Assembly (NCBI GenBank): GCA_028534125.1
Contig: CM052830.1
Coordinates: forward strand, 22,878,001-22,942,000
Reading direction: 5' to 3'
Source: Lama glama
Taxonomy: Eukaryota
DNA: 64,000 nucleotides
The position numbers and the translations under genes were made by a program. Numbering within the stretch: the first letter of the stretch is position 1; the number at the start of each line of letters is the position of its first letter. The notes beneath the pieces were generated by a model. The model did not search any database. It saw only the letters and a program-made list of their open reading frames with translations, and was not told where the DNA came from. Positions 12,501-26,134 of the stretch are shown here, one piece after another.

Positions 12501-15500
12501 CAGAAGTAGCTTCAGAAACCTTCGCACAGACCTCCAGACAGAAGGCGGCACATGAGATAAACTCTGCACGTCGCGCCTGGCCCCAAAGTCCCAGGCAGGG
12601 CCAGAGCCGCAGGTGAGGGGTACCGGCTCAGCCGTGAATAACACGGAGGCAGAGGTGCGAGGCGCCTGGTCGGCGGTCCCCTAACTTCGATGGGCATCCC
12701 AACCACCGGGAGGGTTCACTGGAACCCAGACTGCCGGGCCCCCCCGCAGGGCCTCGCCCTTCAGAGCTGTGGGGTGAGGCCAGAATGTCCTTCCCCAGCA
12801 AGTTCTCAGACGGCGCAGAGGCTGCTGGTCTGGGGGCCACAGCCTGACAACCCCCGCGCTAGGCAGAGCCATCCCGTCTCCCCTCTGGCTCTTGGCTCTC
12901 AGGGCCAGCTGGACTCCCTTCTCCGTCGCCACTTTGGAGAGCGCTGTCCGTGCTGTTGATACAACCTGTCACAGGCATGTGCGGTGCTGGCAGCGCTGCA
13001 GACAGGCACCGTCCCTGCTCCCACAGAGGTCCTGGTGCGGGGAGGTTGGTGGGGGGCACAGACTATGTAACAGGCAGTTACAATTCGGTGGGAGAAGCCC
13101 TGGGATGGGGGGCGCCCAGGCAGCTGTGGAAACACAGGCAGAGCACCCCACCTAGTCTCAGCAGGCCCGAGAAGGCTGCTCAGGGGAAGGCGAAGCCAAG
13201 CGGGACCTGAAGGATGCGGAGAAGGTAGTTCTGGAAGGAGGAGAAGAAACAGGTGTGGCCTGGGGTGGTCTGCCTTTGCACACACACCTGTGCACAAGTG
13301 CACGTGCGCACGCGCGCACACTCCGCCTCAACTCTGCGTCTAGACAGCGACCCACCCGGCTGAAGGGCTTGTCCATAACCTACACGGGCGCCCCTCAGGG
13401 CGCCTGGGCTCTAGCGGACACGGGGCGCGCACACTCGCACAGGCTGGAGCCACCTGCACTCAGGAAGGCACGGGAGGAGAGGGGGTGCGAGGACGTGTCG
13501 GCTTGGCTGAAACCCCCCCGTGACTGGGTGACTTCTCTGGCTGTGACGATTTCTCTAATGCCCTCCAGGACAGGGGACGCAACACCAGGCTCTCCCGAAC
13601 GCCGCCCCCGCCCGGCTTGCCACTCAGACCCAGCAGCACATCTGCGCACGGTGATCGATGGCCCACAGTCCCCGCCTGGGCGTCCACTCCCAGCCCAGGC
13701 CACCATCTGTGAGCAGTCTCCTGCCTGAGTAATAGCTGTGTCTCGCAAATTGTTTTGCACGTTTATAAACAGAGATGGGGCGGACTCCTCCGCTGCCTTC
13801 ATTTCGAGCAAGTAGGCTGAGCTCATTCCTGCAAACCACCGCATTCCTAGCATCCCGAGCTTAAGGGTCAGGGCCGTGGCTCACTCTCAAGATTCACCCC
13901 CAAAGCAGCCTCCGAGGAGGCTGGACGGAGGCCCCAGCGCACTGACGGATCACGGCAGCCTTTCCTGATTACCAAGTGGGTAACGTGCCACCACCTTCCC
14001 CCCGAAACTGCCACTTTCTGATTTGGAGATTTGGACGAACGTTTTCCTGCCATGTTCCCTGTCTCACCACACTCATTTATTCGTGCGTAAAATGCAGGTA
14101 TGCCTCACTTTAGATGGGAGAGGGCGTGACAGACACCCACTAGGCTCTCCTGGTCCCTTCGTTGTCTCTGCACGCGACACCACCACCTGACACGGACGGG
14201 ATGCCCAGCAGATGGGAAATGAATGAGATAAGACAGCGCTTCCACAGGACACATGAGGTGAAGGAAAGGAACCACGCGCTTAGCATGGTCAGTTGCGCCC
14301 TCTCTGCTCCCCGCCCCCGCCCGTCTGAGAGCTTCAGCCGCCCCACAGTCACAGCGTCCGGGAAGAAAGGTGACTCCAGCGAGCTCTCGAGACGCGTGCT
14401 TGCACCCCCTCTGGGGGGCACACGCGTCGCCAAGCCCGTGCGTGGCCGCTCCACACAGAGAACACAAGCCAGGACTGTGCGTGTCCTGCCGGGCCTGCCC
14501 TCCAACCTTGTGTGTCACTGCGCTCGGCCCAGCGTTCGTGTAACACGCTGAGGAGAGGGGTAGCACGGTAACTGTACAGCTGATTGCAGACTGGCAGTTC
14601 CAACGGCTTTGAAAGAGTGATTCTGTAATTCCCAGGGACCTGTGTGTAGCACTCGCCTGTGTAAGACGCTTTTTCTCCAAGAAACACTCACTCTCGATGG
14701 GAACACCCTGTTTCATGAACTGCCTGTGACCCTCAGGATGGAAAGCCAGGGGCCTGCTGCGCAGTCTCAAGACTTGGAGACGCAGAGTTGACCATGAGAA
14801 CGTTTGCCCAAAGGCCGTATTTCACGGGGAGGGAGTCTGCCCTGGGCAAGTCAGTGGCGGGCGGGACCAAGAACTCACATACGCTGCCCCACCGCCCAGA
14901 GCTGTTCAGACGTGGGAGAGAGAGACCACGGCACCCACTCTCTCGGGTCTAGGAGAGACCTGCTGGTCTGGCAATGAACTAACAAAGGTGTAGTGGGCTT
15001 CAGGTGAGCTAATGCTTTCGGTGAAAGCTTGCTGTCTGGGTCAGAAGCACCTCAAAAATGCCTTTGTTTCAGTCTTTGGGAGCTCCTGTGTGTGCGACCC
15101 CGACCCCGAGCTAGGAGCCACGGAAGTCTGAGTCAAGAGAGAGCCACGGCGGTCTGCGCCCAACAACAAAGGAGCAAGCACAGTCTTCAAACATCGTGGA
15201 GCAGTGACCAGACCGCCCGTGTCTTAGACAACCACGCACACTCACGGCATTCGAAACTGAGAATTCATTCAGGGCTGTACCTCTGCCCGGAAGGGGAAAC
15301 AACCCATAAAACTAGAAATGGATGAAAAACTCATTTTAAATCTACTTACTTGCAAGTCACAGCCATTCCTCGAACTCTCTGATGACAGAGGCCATCAAAC
15401 CTGAAACCACGGACGGCATGGAAGCATCGTTTACAACCCTGGCCCAACGCGCGCTGAACACTCTTGGACAAATCCTGTATCATTCAATTTCCTTCTCTTG

Positions 15501-18339
15501 AGAAGGAGGTTGTTACAAGGATTAAAGGAGATAACATGAAAAGGGGCCCAGCGGAGAGTGTTCGGCAAACGCGATGCCAGCTCTGAGGCCAAGCGTACAG
15601 GACGTTAAAACGGGGCTGGTTCTGTCTCATCTTCAGCTAAGACAGGCAAACAGCGGATGCTGCATTTGGAAGAGAAGGCCAAACTCAGTTTCAAAGTTGA
15701 AGGCTGAACCCGAGTTACGTGGCTCTGGAGCCCCTTGTTCACAGTGAGGACAGAACAGTTTTGAGGAAGGGGAGCTGAAGAGAGGGTTTCTTTGGCGAGA
15801 GCTGTGCTGGCGTTGCCCCTTCCCCAGGGGAAGCGTGGAGCCTGTCTTCAGGGAGACCACCGGAGGCTTTGATCTGGTCTCCTTACCATCACTGGGACTC
15901 AGAGCAGTGGGTCTAATCCCCTCCTGGGGCGTCTGGAAGCCTGGGTGCTCTCCTGGTACCAGCACAGGAGAGGGGTCTGCTGGGCGCTGTCCTCCGAGGG
16001 GTCGCCAGGGACAGACGATCTGTGAGAGCTTCTGGTGGACCAGACAGGAGGTGCGCTGGGGAGAGAGCGAGTCCAGATCCACTGGACTCCCACCTACGAG
16101 GGTTCCACGGGACGGTGACAGAGCCCCTGCTGAATGGGTCCGTGTGGAGGGCCGAGGAAAGGGTAGCCAGCTGGAGGAAAAGGCAACATGTGTGTCCGGG
16201 AAGACAGACGTCAGTGCTCCCAGTAAGGGTCTTAGGAAAACCCACGAGGGAAGGAGTTGGCGGTACAGACCCCCAGGCTGCCCCCAGTGAGTGCATCTTA
16301 CAGCCGGACTTGAATGAGAGCCTCCTACCCTTTGCTCTGCCCAGCGGCGTGTGCGCCCGGCAGGGTCGGCCGCCCTGTCACCGAGCTGAAGGAGGGTGCA
16401 CGGACGGAGAGGGGAAGGAAGCCCTTCCTCTTCTACCTGCACCGGGCTCTAGTTTAGAAAGGGGAGCGGATTTAACTTGAAAGTAAGTTAGAAATTACTA
16501 CACAGACCGGACACTTAACAAATAAATTGAGACCGTGTTGTAAACTGCCAGCGGTCCAAGGAATTTATATTACCTGAGAGTGACCAGAAAAGTCAGGGAC
16601 TACCTGAGTGTCCAACCAAGGGCAGTCAAAGACCTTCCACTAAATTACTGTAAATGGACAGCGAGAGAGCGAGAGAAAAGCTGCTGGTAATTACACTCCA
16701 TGGGCTTCTTGTTCTGTTTGCTGGCTGTATGTGCAGCTGCACCTCCACTGCAACCAGAGCCCACGCCCAGAGGCTGGGGCACCAAGGGTCCCAAAGCAGC
16801 CAAAGAACGAGAAGACCTCTTCTCGTTTCATCAGATCTCTCCCTCGTCCCCCTCCCCACGGGGGCACGGTGACGCCATGTCTTTGCCCAAGACCATCCAT
16901 CGACAAGTGGCTAGCCAGGATATGAATTTATGAAATCTGGCTCCAGAGCTGAAGCTCTTGAGAGCCCCATGCCTGTTCCTGTCGGTCACTCGGGGAGGCT
17001 GCTTCTAAATGCACAGCCATCAAATGGGATTCGCTCGGACAGACGCCCGAAGACCCACCTTTCCACGCTCCACGGTTAAAGCACTGTTACTGACAGTTGC
17101 TAGACACCCCCTGGACTGACAGCAAAGAGTTCTCACCGTCAGGGCAGCCCCGAGCGGGGGGACCCCCCGCGGGCCGCGCAAAGAGGCCAGGAGCAGCGTT
17201 CAGGAGCAGCTGGCAAGGAGGGGAGGGACTCTGGCTGGGTGTCACGGGGACAGACAGGCTCCTCTGAGGGTCCTGGGACAAAAGTGGCTAAACCCTTCAA
17301 AGCCCAGAGGAGGGGACGGCCCGGGGAAGGTCGCGAGGGGTGGGCGGAACCAGCCAGGACCTGACCAAGGGGGTCCGGCCACCCCGTCTCTAAAAGGCCA
17401 CCTCGGCTTCTCATTTTCACAGACAGCAGGGCCCCGGCTTAGAGCCCGGCCCAGCTGGAGGTACTCGGTAGGAACCACGGCACAGGGCCAACGCGAGCGC
17501 TTCCTACCCACCCCCCCCAATCAGTAAGGCCACTGGTAGTCTGCTGGGGAACAGGAAAAGCCTCAAAACAGATTATTTTACAAAATAACATAGCTCAATT
17601 ATTTTCAGACAGCAGAAAGGGAAAATTCAATCCTTGCCACATTTAATTTTCTCACTCTCTTTCCCTTTATCCTTCCCCAATCTCCGTCCCTCCGTCTGGA
17701 ATGTGGTCCCCATCCTCAGCCAGAAAGGACTCTGGTGGCGAGATTCTGCCAAGACACTTAATCCAGTCCCCGCCCATATTAGAACTGCAGGCCGGAGAGC
17801 CAGGATGGGAAGGGAGCAAGGGCGTGGGGCCCTGTGAGGCCTCCATGCCTCAAATGCTTTCTCCAAGCCTGGAAGCCGCCCCCACCCACTTGGCAGCGCA
17901 GCCCCCACCTTCTCTGAGAAGCCGCCTGCCGGCCGGGGTTCCACCAGATCCACTTGCTGAAATTCACGCTCAAGAGTGTGTCAGCTCCCACCCGGCAGGG
18001 CAGGGGCCGTAGCCAAGGAAACGCACCCCTCCCAGCGGGGCCGTCTCAGGATGTGCCGCCACATGCTGCTGTCCCACACAGTCCAGGGGCTGTGAGCAGC
18101 GAGCCCGCAGGGTGGAGGGCAGGAAGGCAGGACGAAGGGACACTCCTTTGCCCCCTCTCCACCTGCCCTCCAGTAAGAGCAGGAGCCTGCTGGGGAGGAG
18201 TGGTCCTTGGCCCAGACGCTGCAGGACACAAATGGGGCAGCGATCACGTCCTGCGCACCTACCAAGTGCTGGGCGCACTGGCACGATGGACCCTCTTACC
18301 CCAAACGCGCAGGGAACTTTCCTTCTTTCCCTCTGCTTT

Positions 18340-18510
18340 CTGTTTGTTCACTCAACACGCTTTCACTAAGCACCTACTATGCACCAAGCACCTCTCCTAG
18401 GCTCTGGGGACAGAGCAGGAGAGGAGGCTGCTAGGTCCCCACCCTCACCACGTTACGTTCGACCGAGGGTGCGGAGGCGACGGACAGTACACAAGTGAGC
18501 AAACGCTGAG
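18340..18510 (-). mobile_element. L2 3' end fragment
   Basis: ttcactcaacacgctttcactaagcacctactatgcaccaagcac...ctaggctctggggacagagc. Confidence 0.6.
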
Positions 18511-20674
18511 CCCCTCAACTCCTTCTCGGGTGGAGGGGGCTGGGGCGGGGGCCCGGCAGGGAGTGAGCGCACGGCCGCGCTGGTCTGGGTGCTCATGGAG
18601 GGTCTTTCGGCCCCAGAGGAATCCATCTGCAGAGAGCAGTCATCAGCTTCTCTGGAAGAAGAGGCTGAGCGGAATGTTCCGGAGAAGGAATTAATCAGAC
18701 CAGTTGGAAAGACCTAGCTTAGACAACTTGGGAGAGGCTAAGACTCTATTTGTGACACACGAAGAAAACGCCACGTCGTGTCTTCTTGCTTGCCCCTGGT
18801 CCTACTGGTGGGGGCTCGGCGTCCTCCTCGGGCCGGCCCTCCACCAGCTCAGCTCCCCGAGGCCCAGGCCGGCTGCCCAGGAGCGCCCCCAGCTGGGCAG
18901 GGGCCGGGCCCGCAGCTTCCTTCCTGTCCCGCAGCCCAGGACCATCCCCCCACCCGCTCCTCTCAGGGCACCACCGGGCAACACAACCCACACCTGCTAC
19001 AGAAGCCAGGAACAGACCTCCGGGCGGTTAGGGCGGTAAACCGAGAGACGCTCGTTTCGAGCCTCTATTTTGAGTGCACACCCACACACCCACGGAAGGA
19101 GCAAATTTCAGACCAGCTGGAGGAAAGCACGTCTTGCTCAGAAAGTCGTGAGGTCTGGAAGCCAGTTTCAGAGAAAGAAGAGCTCCTTGGTGAGCTGGGC
19201 GTCAGGAGGCCAGGATGGACGCTCACCTCGTGCATGTGGCGCATTGTATCGCTCTTTGGGCGTTTGTGAGTCGGCTCCAGGGAGACCTTTATTTGAAATA
19301 TTACTTGATCTGCCCTGCACTGAACTCTCCATAAAGAGGCCTCTCCCCTCCAACGAGGTCACACACATGAGAGAATCCAGCACGGGGCCTAGTTCGTGGC
19401 CCATGCTCAGCAAGTGTTGTTTCTGTTTTTTGGAACATCTGCACTGCTTTCATGCCAGAACGACAGGATCCCCTGGGAGGCAAAGTCCCCACACGCACTG
19501 CATCTATCCACCCACCAAACATGGGCAGAGGCACCACACAGGCGCAGGGAACGCCAGCAAGGAAAGAGGATCGAGAAGTTGGCAGAGGAGCATCTGACAC
19601 CACGAAGGGCTCCGAGCATAACCTGGGTTCTGCTGTGAAAGGCGCTCCTTCATCACCGCCTCCTGCCCGGTCTTGCCTGGGCAGTGATGCAGGACTCACC
19701 GTCGACTCGGGCAACGTGACAGACAATCCAGACCCCGTCCCTGAGGCCTGGAGAGATCACGGGGCCTGCCCAAGGCCACGCGGTGGGCCAGTCTGTTGTC
19801 TGGCCTTCTCATCCAGGGCTTGTTAGCAACTGCAGGGGCCGGAAGTTTCCACAGGTGGGAGCCTCATGTGCAAGCTCCGTGCACCAAGGGCTTTGCCTAG
19901 CACGTAGCAGGAGCTCGCTAACTGACGCTGAATTAATAAAGGAGTCGTCTCCAACTAGCTCATCAAACACGCCCTGAGCCACCCTCCCGAGAAGTGTAAT
20001 CTGGGATGAAAGTGAAGACCTGACCGTGTCCTCTCAGTCCTGACCTGGCTGGGCGAGTCTCAGTCCCAGCCCAACAGGCCAGCCTGCTGGCTCCCGGCTG
20101 GACCCCCCCCTCCTGGTTTCTCCTCTGGGCCCCGGCCGCTCCTTCGCAGCCGCCTGCATCGACAGCCACTTGGGTCCTGACGCCGCCCAGGGTTCCCTCC
20201 TCGGTCGGCGGGCAGTCTCGTCTGCTCTCTGTGCTACACGTGTGTGGATCTCATTATCTGCTCCCACATGACGTCCCACATGCACGAGGGAGGAAGCGAA
20301 AGCTGAGGTCACACCAGCAGCGGAAGGTAGAGGCAGGATTTGAATTCGGGCCTGTCTGATGCTCCAGTCCACGCCTCCTGCGAGAAGAAGCTGGGATTTA
20401 TCATCCAGGCACTTAAGAAGTAGTAGGGACAGTACATTCTGTGGATCCCCTAGACGGCAGTGGTCCTGTTACTCGGGCGAGTCACAGGCCCATTTCAGAA
20501 CGGTATGAACACATGGACGTTCTCCCGCGGACCTGACACAGGCACGCGTTAGCAGAGAAGAAGTTTGTGCACAGTTTAAAGGCTGTCCTGGATCTCCTTG
20601 AGGCTCATTGACAACTCCGTCTGGGTCAGAAACCTCACAGTGAAGAACCTATTCTATAAAGACACAGAAAACAT

Positions 20675-21060
20675 CTTTACCTAGAGATGATCATACTAAG
20701 TGAAGTCAGTCAGAGAGAGAAAGACAAACATCACGTGGTATCACTCAGATGTGGAATCTAAAAAGGAATCGATACAAATGAGCTTATTTACAAGACAGAA
20801 ATAAGCCCACAGACGTAGAAAACAAAATTATGGTTACCGAAGGGAAAGAGGGGAGGGATAAACACGTATCAGGAGGTTGGGATTAATGTATGTAAAACGG
20901 ATAACCACGAAGGCCTCCTGTACAGCACAGAGAGCTATGTTCAATACTTCATAGTAACTATAATGGGAAAGAATCTGAAAAAGAACAGATTCATATACGT
21001 ATATAACTGAGTCACTTTGCCATACACTGTGAACATACTTCAATTGAAAAAAAGAAGAAA
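20675..21060 (+). mobile_element. 5'-truncated L1 3' end (cetartiodactyl/camelid type)
   Basis: ctagagatgatcatactaagtgaagtcagtcag...tatggttaccgaaggg...ctgtacagcacag...aactgagtcactttgc...tcaattgaaaaaaa. Paralogous to the copies at 34.5, 43.5 and 54 kb. Confidence 0.9.
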
Positions 21061-21464
21061 CACTTTGAAGTACTTTAAATAACACCACAGGTAAGGGGTT
21101 CTTCCTCATCTGCTCTGAACTGACGGAAAACTGCATCACGTCACGGATTGTTCTGCAAGCAGGTCAAGTGCTTTCTGATTAATAACCGGACATCTTTTTT
21201 TGATTAACCCAGATTACTTGTTGTCAAACATTGCACTAGGGCCCAAACCAATCAAAGATGCTGTGTCCCATGGAGACTGTATTTTCCTCGCCCCCCATGG
21301 CTCTTCCAGGTGCGACATCCCCGGATGGAGAGAGAGAAGCACTACTGCCGCTTCACGTGTGTGTCTGTTGACGCCAGAAGCGTCTGATGGAGATGCCGTG
21401 GTAACTACATGGCGTCTGGTCCACGAGATGGTGCTGAATGGGCGGGAGGCAGTCAGCCGTGGAG

Positions 21465-22058
21465 AGGTCCTTGGAGAGCTGGCCGCCTCTGCCTTGAGAG
21501 CCTCATCTCCCACCTCTTCCACCTCTAGACAAGCCATGCGGACTAAGCAGCGTTTCCCAGAGTTCTCAGGCTTCTGGGCTTTCACTCACGCTCTTCCCTC
21601 CTCGACCCTCCCACCAACGTGTCCATAGGGAAAATTCCATCCAGATCCAGCTTAAAAGTTCTCACCACAAGGGGAAAAAATATCGTAACTATGTGTGGTG
21701 ATGGATGTCAACGGCGGAGCTCACTCTGCACTGCACACGAACATGGCGGTGCGCACCTGAAACTGACACAGTGTTACACGCCAGGTGCATCTCAACAGCA
21801 AAAAAAGAAGCTCCAGCTTAAATGTTAAGGTTTCCAGTACCCTCCCCCACCGACCCCGGTTCTGGGTGGAATTCCTCTTCCTTTCCTGAGGGCTCATACA
21901 ACGCTGTGGCTAAGCCTGATCATCGCACGGACAATACTGTGTTGCAAGTACTCATTTCTTTCTCCTGGTATCTCAGAGCTCCCCGGCCAGGGCCCATGTC
22001 TCTAACATCTGTATTCCTAGCAGACCACAGAGGGTCTCAACAAATACTCTTTGGAATG
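21465..22058 (+). mobile_element. L2 3' region interrupted by a short L1 3' end (about 21640-21810)
   Basis: aggtccttggagagctggcc...gcctcatctcc...ctcttccctc and the tail tgtattcctagcagaccacagagggtctcaacaaatactctttggaatga. The insert aaagttctcaccacaag...gtaactatgtgtggtgatggatgt...aaaaaaa is an L1 end. Confidence 0.6.
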
Positions 22059-22503
22059 AGCTCAGCTGCACTAGCAAATCCTCTCAAACTCTTTCTAAGT
22101 CCCAAGGTGTCTAGAAGCTTTAGTCAAGTTCAAGTATGTTCCAATTTACCTGGTTTTTAAAGACCCATACCTTCCAACCCCATTCATAACCGACCCAGCA
22201 GACAGTCATGCCTGCTGCTCCGTCATGGGGCCACGGCTCTGCGAAACATCCTGTAATTCATCTCCACACGAAGTTGTTGCCAAGGGAAAGAAACACGCCT
22301 GCTTCTCAGAAAGAATGGCTGGCAACCATCAGGGCGGCGGACAAACTCAGGCCATGTGTCTTCAGTCAGAGGTTTACCTTGTGGACCGATCATCAAACCG
22401 TAACCTGGCTGAGGACCGAACGTCATAGAAACAGTAACGCAGGGAGTGACGGTCCTGCAAGTCACTGTCTTTCCAAGTGAAAATTCAACATGTTCCTGGT
22501 TGG
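22059..22503 (+). mobile_element. Ty3/Gypsy LTR-retrotransposon pol fossil (RT connection + RNase H), frameshifted
   Basis: Translation across frames: AALANPLKLFL / PRCLEALVKFKYVPIYLVFKDPYLPTPFITDPAD / HPVIHLHTKLLPRERNTPASQKEWLATIRAADKLRPCVFSQRFTLWTDHQTVTWL / SLSFQVKIQHVPG. This is colinear with the Gypsy motifs PECQEAF..LK, PVL..PD...PF...TDAS, HPV.Y.SRKLLPRERNY..EKECLA..A..KLRPYL.G..FTL.TDH.PL.WL and F.IQH.PG. Confidence 0.85.
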
Positions 22504-25500
22504 GAAAGGATGCTTAGGGGGCAAAAAAAAAGAGGACAGGAAAAGTATCAACTCATTCAAGTCACCAACCTGCCAAAAACAAAGGGACACCGTAATCTTT
22601 TCTTTTGTTTAACGAACAGGCCCCCATTGGAGGCTGAAGAGGGAAGATGTGAGAAGTACGGGGCTGCCTGATTCTTCAAAGACGGCTTTTCTCGGGTAGC
22701 GGTGCACATGTGTTGAGGAGCTTTAAAAAGAAGTGGGGCTGGCAGACTCTGGGTGGGAAGGTGAGACGGCAGAGAGCAGCGGCTTTCCTAAACGCAGACC
22801 AGAGTCAGCCAGTTACTGTTATTTGGTAACTGACTTCTGAATCAACACGGCCCCTGGAAGGGAGTCAGGAGACAGAAACCAAAGGCACGGAGTGACCTGG
22901 GAGACAGGCTGCAGAAAGGAACTGGTTTGCACGCTGCTTCCAGGTCAGCCTGGCCGCGGAGAAGACCAGCAGCAGCCTGGGAGAGGGACCAGGCAAGGGC
23001 CACCCCGCTCGCTGGGGAGGATCTGGGAGTCGCTGCGGCCAAGAGCTTGCAGCCTCAACACAGATGAGGAGGGTGAGAGCACATGTGAGAAGCATACAGA
23101 TGTTACTTTGAGGTTAAAAAGGGGTGGTTTAGTTTTCGTACAAGGAGGAATTTAAGAGCAGATGGCTGGGAGAAGGAACGAGGTTGGAAGTCTCATGAAA
23201 TCCATGAATTAGGAGAAAAAAGAGTATTTAGAGGGTAAAATCAGTCAACAGAAGCAACAGTTTAAGTGCCTACTGCATGTGTCTGCACTGCTAATGTGCA
23301 CTTTTCCTAAAGAGCGGTTTTTTTTTTTTTTTTTAGTAATAGTGGCACATACATAACGTGTTACCGTGGGCGTCGCTCGGACCACTCAGCTCAGCACCAG
23401 GGAGCTGGCTGGCCCGCCCCTCGCTGGCCTCGGGCCTCTGCTCTCCAGGAGGCAGGCTCGGGCTGGTGCCCCCTCAGGCCCTGGGCAGCACTCACCGGCC
23501 GCGATGGGCTCCCCGCGGTTCCCCAACCACTGCCCCGGGGCAGGTGGCCTGGGAAAGCACTTCCCAGACAGAGGTCCTCGGGACCCCAGCCGGCGCTCGA
23601 GCAAAGCAATTCCACCCGCAGCTTGTCAACAGGCTTGTCTGATGAGGCTCCTTGAGAACGGGGACCGAGTGGCCTCACGTATCAGCTCAGCTTAATCCTC
23701 CCAGTGATGTTTCTTAGAAGAATCACCAAACAGGCTTAATACAGTGAAGGGGTTCGAAGTGTGTCCACATGTTTTGCCTGCAACTTGCCAAGAGGAGACT
23801 CCCCAAACCTGGAGGTGGCACAGCCCTGCCCCTGGCTCTGTTCTTTTCTCCATTTACCCTTCCCCCGAGACCTCAGCTTACCCCCCGCCCCCGCTCTCCT
23901 GCCTGCCTTCCTCCTCATTGGCCACGGACACCTCAAACCTGTAGGTGTTCTTTCCAGTTGAATATTTTGGAACTGGAAAGGGCAACATGGGGGGGTGTTA
24001 TTTTAAGAAAGGAAGAAGGAAAAAGAGAACTCACTCTAGAAGTTACAGCACCTCGGCTCCGTGACAAAGCGCCCGAGGGGCGGTCACTTCTCCCGTCAGT
24101 GGCAGCCCCAAAGCAGAGCTCAGGGCTCCTGATTCCCTGCTCCACCCCTCTGCTCGGCAGGGAGTGACCGTCTGAATTCTAGGGCACTCGGCTCCCCACC
24201 AGGCATGCACACTTCAAAGCCAAGGTGCCAAAAAGAAACACTGAACAGACACCGACATCCCCTCACGCTGGATACTGGGAAGCATAACTTTCGGATATTT
24301 TTAGTGACTGGATGTCATCAACTCAGGAACAAAACAAAATTCAGCTTAAAATGATGATGCTTAAGTTAATACACACCACCTTGGTTTTGGCATCACAATT
24401 AACGTTTAAAAAGGTTGGGGGGGACTTTGCAGTTTATATAATTGTAAGACTGGAAATCTATGACACCAGCTGGACAAGGACACACCATGAATGTGCTGGA
24501 ATAAAATACAGACGGAGACTTAATTATCATGCCACTCAGGCTTTTTAAATAACAGTATGTCAGCACTTCCACAAATCGATAGGCATTACGTTAAAATGGA
24601 TGGGCTGTAAACCCCTGATCCTGGAGACACGGGCCGTTCCCTGTGTCTCCCTCCTGCTCCAGCCACCCCTGGGACCAACTGCGTATCGGCTCCCCTGGCG
24701 GGGCCCACACTCAATACAAAGCCCCCCAAACCTCTAAGAGTAAGGACCCTCGTCCCATTTCAGACACAGAGGTACGTACACACAGCCTCATCCCATCTCT
24801 CCAAAACAAGTGAAAGCAAAGCAAAATCAAAAACTGACCCTTTGATCAGTCTCTCAGCAACCTTCTCTTGCCGCAGTGGTTTCTGACCAATGCTCGGTGG
24901 GACCCACTTCTACCTGTGAAAGGACCATCAAGTGAGGAAAAGATGGAGATGCTGCCTCCTCGAGGCGAGGAGGTCAGAGAACATCCATCCAGGACGGTCG
25001 AGGCCTCGGGCTGCGCTCTGGGGTGGGGGGCACCACAGGGGCCAGGAGGACGGGGGAGCAGCCAGCGGCCACGTCATCAGGAGATCTGTCAGTGGAGGGA
25101 GGCGGGTGATGGAAAAGCATCCAGGGAGGGGAGCAGGCTCGTGTCGCCGCTTTCCCGACCGCAGAAATGTGCACATTTGGATGAAGGAGGAAAAGCTGAG
25201 CAAGGGAGCGGTCAGCACTGAAGAGAGAAACAGCTAAGACAGGGAACAGCATTCTGGGGGCTTCTCCGGGGGGCACTTCTGTATCCAATTATCCTGCGTA
25301 AACACTGTATTTAATTCAATTCCCACAGGTCAGAGTAGCCTCATTTTAAATTAAAACCCTGAAGTTCAGAGCAGTTAAATAGTGTGCTGGTGACCCTACC
25401 GCTAAGAAGCACTGACTCAGGATGTAAACGCAGGCTGGCCTGACTCTTCTGTCCTGGATGCGCCGCGGCTCCGAGCTCACAGCCCCCGGGGGACGCGGCA

Positions 25501-26134
25501 GGTTTCAGGACGCGGGCAGGCAGGGCCATCCAGGGAAAGAGAGTGTGTGTCTGAAATCCAGGAAGCCTGGCTATAGAAGCTGCAGGTCAGGATGTGCTCG
25601 TGAAGAAGAGTGAATTTCATAATGAATCGGTGAAAACCCGCCTGTCCAAATGAGAGCACCGCTGCCCTTTCGGGGGCTGCCTGGGGACTTGGCACTTATT
25701 CCAAAGAGGATCCTGTCACCCAAAATGTTTGCATGCCTCCTTATTAAAACGGAGCTCCAGAACACGTGGAACATTCCTCTAAACGACTCGGTGGTAACAG
25801 GCATTCATGCTGCGGAGCCAAATCTGAAGCAGAAGGTTTATGGGGAGGTGTCCATTTTAATTAAAGCCTGAAACAGCCGTAACGAATTGGTGTGACTATC
25901 AAACAGAGGGACTGCACCTTCTGCCACGCTCCCCGGCTCTGAACACAGCCAGGGCTACACTCGGAGCTGGTTCCTGGAACGGCGCCATCGCCGGGGGGCA
26001 GGCTCTCGAGGTGTCTCTGTTGAAAGCACCTAGACGTCCAGTGCTCGCGGGCGGGTGAGCGTCCTCTCTGAGAGAGGACGAAGGGGAGGCAGAGGGAGGG
26101 CTCACGCCTTCGGCATTCAGCACCGCAGACACCC

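Noticed and set aside
18528-18551. Potential G-quadruplex gggtggagggggctggggcggggg
   Set aside because: Common in GC-rich DNA, with no supporting context.
19227-19286. 60-nt minus-strand exon candidate with a GAG|gtgagc donor
   Set aside because: The acceptor (aatatttcaaataaag) lacks a pyrimidine tract, and no peptide is recognisable.
21380-21585. EVLGELAASALRA and RTKQRFPEFSGF resembling Gypsy RT motifs upstream of the RNase H fossil
   Set aside because: The nucleotide sequence from about 21465 is better explained as L2, and there is no YxDD motif.
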